From contig NC_068981.1 of NCBI RefSeq assembly GCF_001194135.2, forward strand, positions 67,990,520-68,045,682: a stretch of DNA of 55,163 bases. The letters run 5' to 3'. This DNA comes from Octopus bimaculoides (lineage: Eukaryota). Shown here in pieces: positions 52,827 to 55,163 of this stretch. The position numbers and the translations under genes were made by a program. Positions within the stretch are counted from its first letter, which is position 1, and each line of letters opens with the position of its first letter. The notes under the pieces are model-generated. The model had not been told where the DNA came from. It searched no databases and was given only the letters and a program-made list of their open reading frames with translations.

Positions 52827-54254
52827 AGTTTAAATATTAGTAAAAATGAAATCATATTAAAATGTTGCACTCTTTTATTGATTACTTTTGCATTTATTTA
52901 ATGGAGTGGAGCGTTGACCTTACAAGAGTGCTCACAACTATAAACCTTGTGTTTAAATAAGGCACACTCTGTATATTGTAGTGTATTAGCAATTGGCTTT
53001 TTGTTTTTCCAATGTATTTTTACGGCCCAAATTATTTTGGAGGTGGTTTGGACTTCAACATGAACCATCTTCATGGAAGTTCATCTAGCATGTGGACCTA
53101 AAATTTAAAAGCATATTGTTCGTCGAGTTGTATTCGAAACATGATTAATGTGAGTGGTTTCTCGCAGGTTTCTGTTTTTTTTTCTATGTATATTTCAATT
53201 ACATATAGTGCTGATTGTGACCAATCACTTAAAAACTAATTCAAAATTTCACAACTACTCACAAATCCCCAGTAAGTATCAATTATAACACTCTTTATTA
53301 GTAGATTTTCTGAAATTTGTGATGAATATTTATAATTTATTCATAAACTATATTAGCTTCTCATTGACATATTGAAAGTTGTGACATTAAGCAATTTATA
53401 TTACCATAAGATGTCTAGCACGCCAAAGAATAGCAGAATATTAACATGATATCTATTAGTGAGTTAAAAGCAAAGACCAAATTGAAATACTTAACTCGTA
53501 TGAACCGGAGAAATCTTACGTTTTATGAAATTTCTTATTTCTATTTTCATAGTGGAATACGTAATTGTGACATTATCGAATAAAGTTTAATATTTTGTAT
53601 ATATCTTTGATATCGTCGTATTGTTAAATGCATTAAATTGCATCGTCTCCATACTCATGCACGCGCACACCCACACACGCTCTCACAAACGCATTGGAGC
53701 ATTGTTAAGCTTGTTGAAACCAAAACACACGACTTTGTTTCGTTTGTTGTAACTTTCGTTTATGCTTTCAAATTCTTTCCACAATAAAGAATGTGAAATG
53801 CATGAGAGTGTTTGGAAATAAAGTCACAAAGAGGTAAAATTAGATGCTTGAAATAGACAGGATAGTTGGTTCTAACGAACAACGCACTGGTCCTGTATGC
53901 ACTTGAAACTCAGCAAACTTGTAACATTAACACACACGCACACACACACACACACAGGCACACACACACACACACACACACACATCTCACTTATTGGATT
54001 AAGGGGGTGTGAAATGGGTGTGAAATGATGGGGATGAGCTATATGAGGTTGCCATGGATATCTATGATGGTGCAGAGTAAGGATGAGGTGAGCCTTTGCA
54101 TCCTAGATGTCCTTAAAACAGAGCTAAAAGAGGCGGATATAAGAGTGTATAGGTACGGCGGTCCTGGAATGGTACAAGACACAATGGTCACGATATGGAT
54201 AAGATAAGGAAGAACATTATGCTAAATATTTAGTCAAATCAACATGATGATAAA

Positions 54255-54840
54255 GTTATTTTAATAAGGCAACTCCATACTACAACATTGCATTAGAAAG
54301 GTCCAACATTAATAGAATAACTCATATTGAACCAAATATTGATACAGCAAGAAGACGTAGACAGAGTAAAATATTATGATACTCTATTCTATATCGCAAG
54401 AATATACCTACACCTTATCTGGAAACTCGTCGAAATAACTGATAAACACTTCCCCCACTCCCATAATTACCATAAGTACTTCTTTAAGAATACATTGATA
54501 GTTAGCTACATGTGCCTTCACAACATAAGGTTGGTTATTTTCAGCCACAATAAAAATAAAAACATTAAGAACATCGCGAAATTATCCTGTTATTTAATGA
54601 CCTCTGAAAAATAGTTGCCTCAGAATACTATTAATGTGCAACAGCAGCATTATGTATTTGAAGGGAACAGCTAAAACACATATTGGGATAGTGGGAAACA
54701 CCTTCAAAATGCTATATAACGCAACAATTGAGTTCATTCAGAAATAAAAGCAAAAGGACACAGAATATCTTTATGCAATATGGTATGGACTCTGAAAACC
54801 AGTGGATGTATTCCACTGAAATTAGATAAATAACCTTCCT
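54255..54840 (+). mobile_element. Penelope-like element 3' fragment (thumb, linker, GIY-YIG)
   Basis: FNKATPYYNIALERS...RRRRQSKIL*Y...DKHFPHSHNYHKYFFKNTLIVSYMCLHNIRLVIFSHNK...HIGIVGNTFKMLYN...VWTLK. Confidence 0.85.
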
Positions 54841-54878
54841 ACAGATAGTCAGTAGCGACGCCTGCTGGGTTCGGCTGC

Positions 54879-54925
54879 TCTGCATTGACAAGGGGCAATA
54901 CTCTGAAACTAGTCTAGTCTGCAGA
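54879..54925 (+). ncRNA. Type I hammerhead ribozyme-like fold (U3-A8 core variant)
   Basis: TCTGCA-TTGACAA-GGGG-CAATA-CTCT-GAAA-CTA-GTC-TAG-TC/TGCAGA. Stem I is a perfect 6 bp, stem II is 4 bp with two G.U pairs, and stem III is 4 bp. GUC cleavage triplet, predicted cut after 54919. Confidence 0.75.
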
Positions 54926-55163
54926 TGCCAAAGCAGCAAGGGGAAGCTGCTGATCTCCCCTGTTCGAAGGTTATAAAGGACACAGGTTCGTGTGTCACAT
55001 AGCTAGCTAGAGGCCATGGCCTCTTGGAGCTAATCCACGGCAGCATTGGTCCTATTTTTGGGACCGCCATGTTGGCTTGGCGATAACTATTAATTTCCAG
55101 TACCGCTACCATAGTCTCCTTTAGAGAGACTTAGAAATATTAATATATATATATATATATATA

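Noticed and set aside
55100-55140. Helitron 3' end (hairpin before CTRR)
   Set aside because: The hairpin is followed by TTAG, not CTRR at the usual spacing, and there are no Rep/helicase remnants.

Overview
AT-rich, microsatellite-dense eukaryotic draft scaffold with 8 N-gaps. By inference from its SINE families and repeat landscape it is probably a coleoid cephalopod (Octopus-like). Almost all ORFs in the supplied track are microsatellite, gap or transposon artefacts. The one clear host gene is absent from the ORF track: a minus-strand Cys-loop receptor of the nicotinic acetylcholine receptor family. Its recognisable exon is 16834-16979 (ALCDENEYRLVRDLMKNYNKQVRPSSNFSEALNVTFGVALAQIIDV), with a probable signal-peptide exon at 17458-17518. 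The start-codon exon is uncertain and the next exon is not visible (N-gap or outside the window). The rest is decayed mobile DNA: Tc1, mariner and DD37D-like transposons, three tRNA-SINE families, Penelope-like elements, a CR1/L2 fragment and R4/Dong-like RLE retrotransposons stacked in (AAT)n tracts. Highlights are (1) a type I hammerhead ribozyme fold with a compensatory U3-A8 core just 3' of a Penelope-like GIY-YIG fragment (54879-54925), (2) an (AAT)n-associated retroelement pile with a putative non-coding partner element, (3) an inverted-repeat Penelope structure bracketed by long direct repeats, (4) a possible editing-complementary sequence for the missing nAChR exon 3, and (5) a cysteine-knot-like peptide exon. 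All alignments and folds were done by eye and no searches were run.
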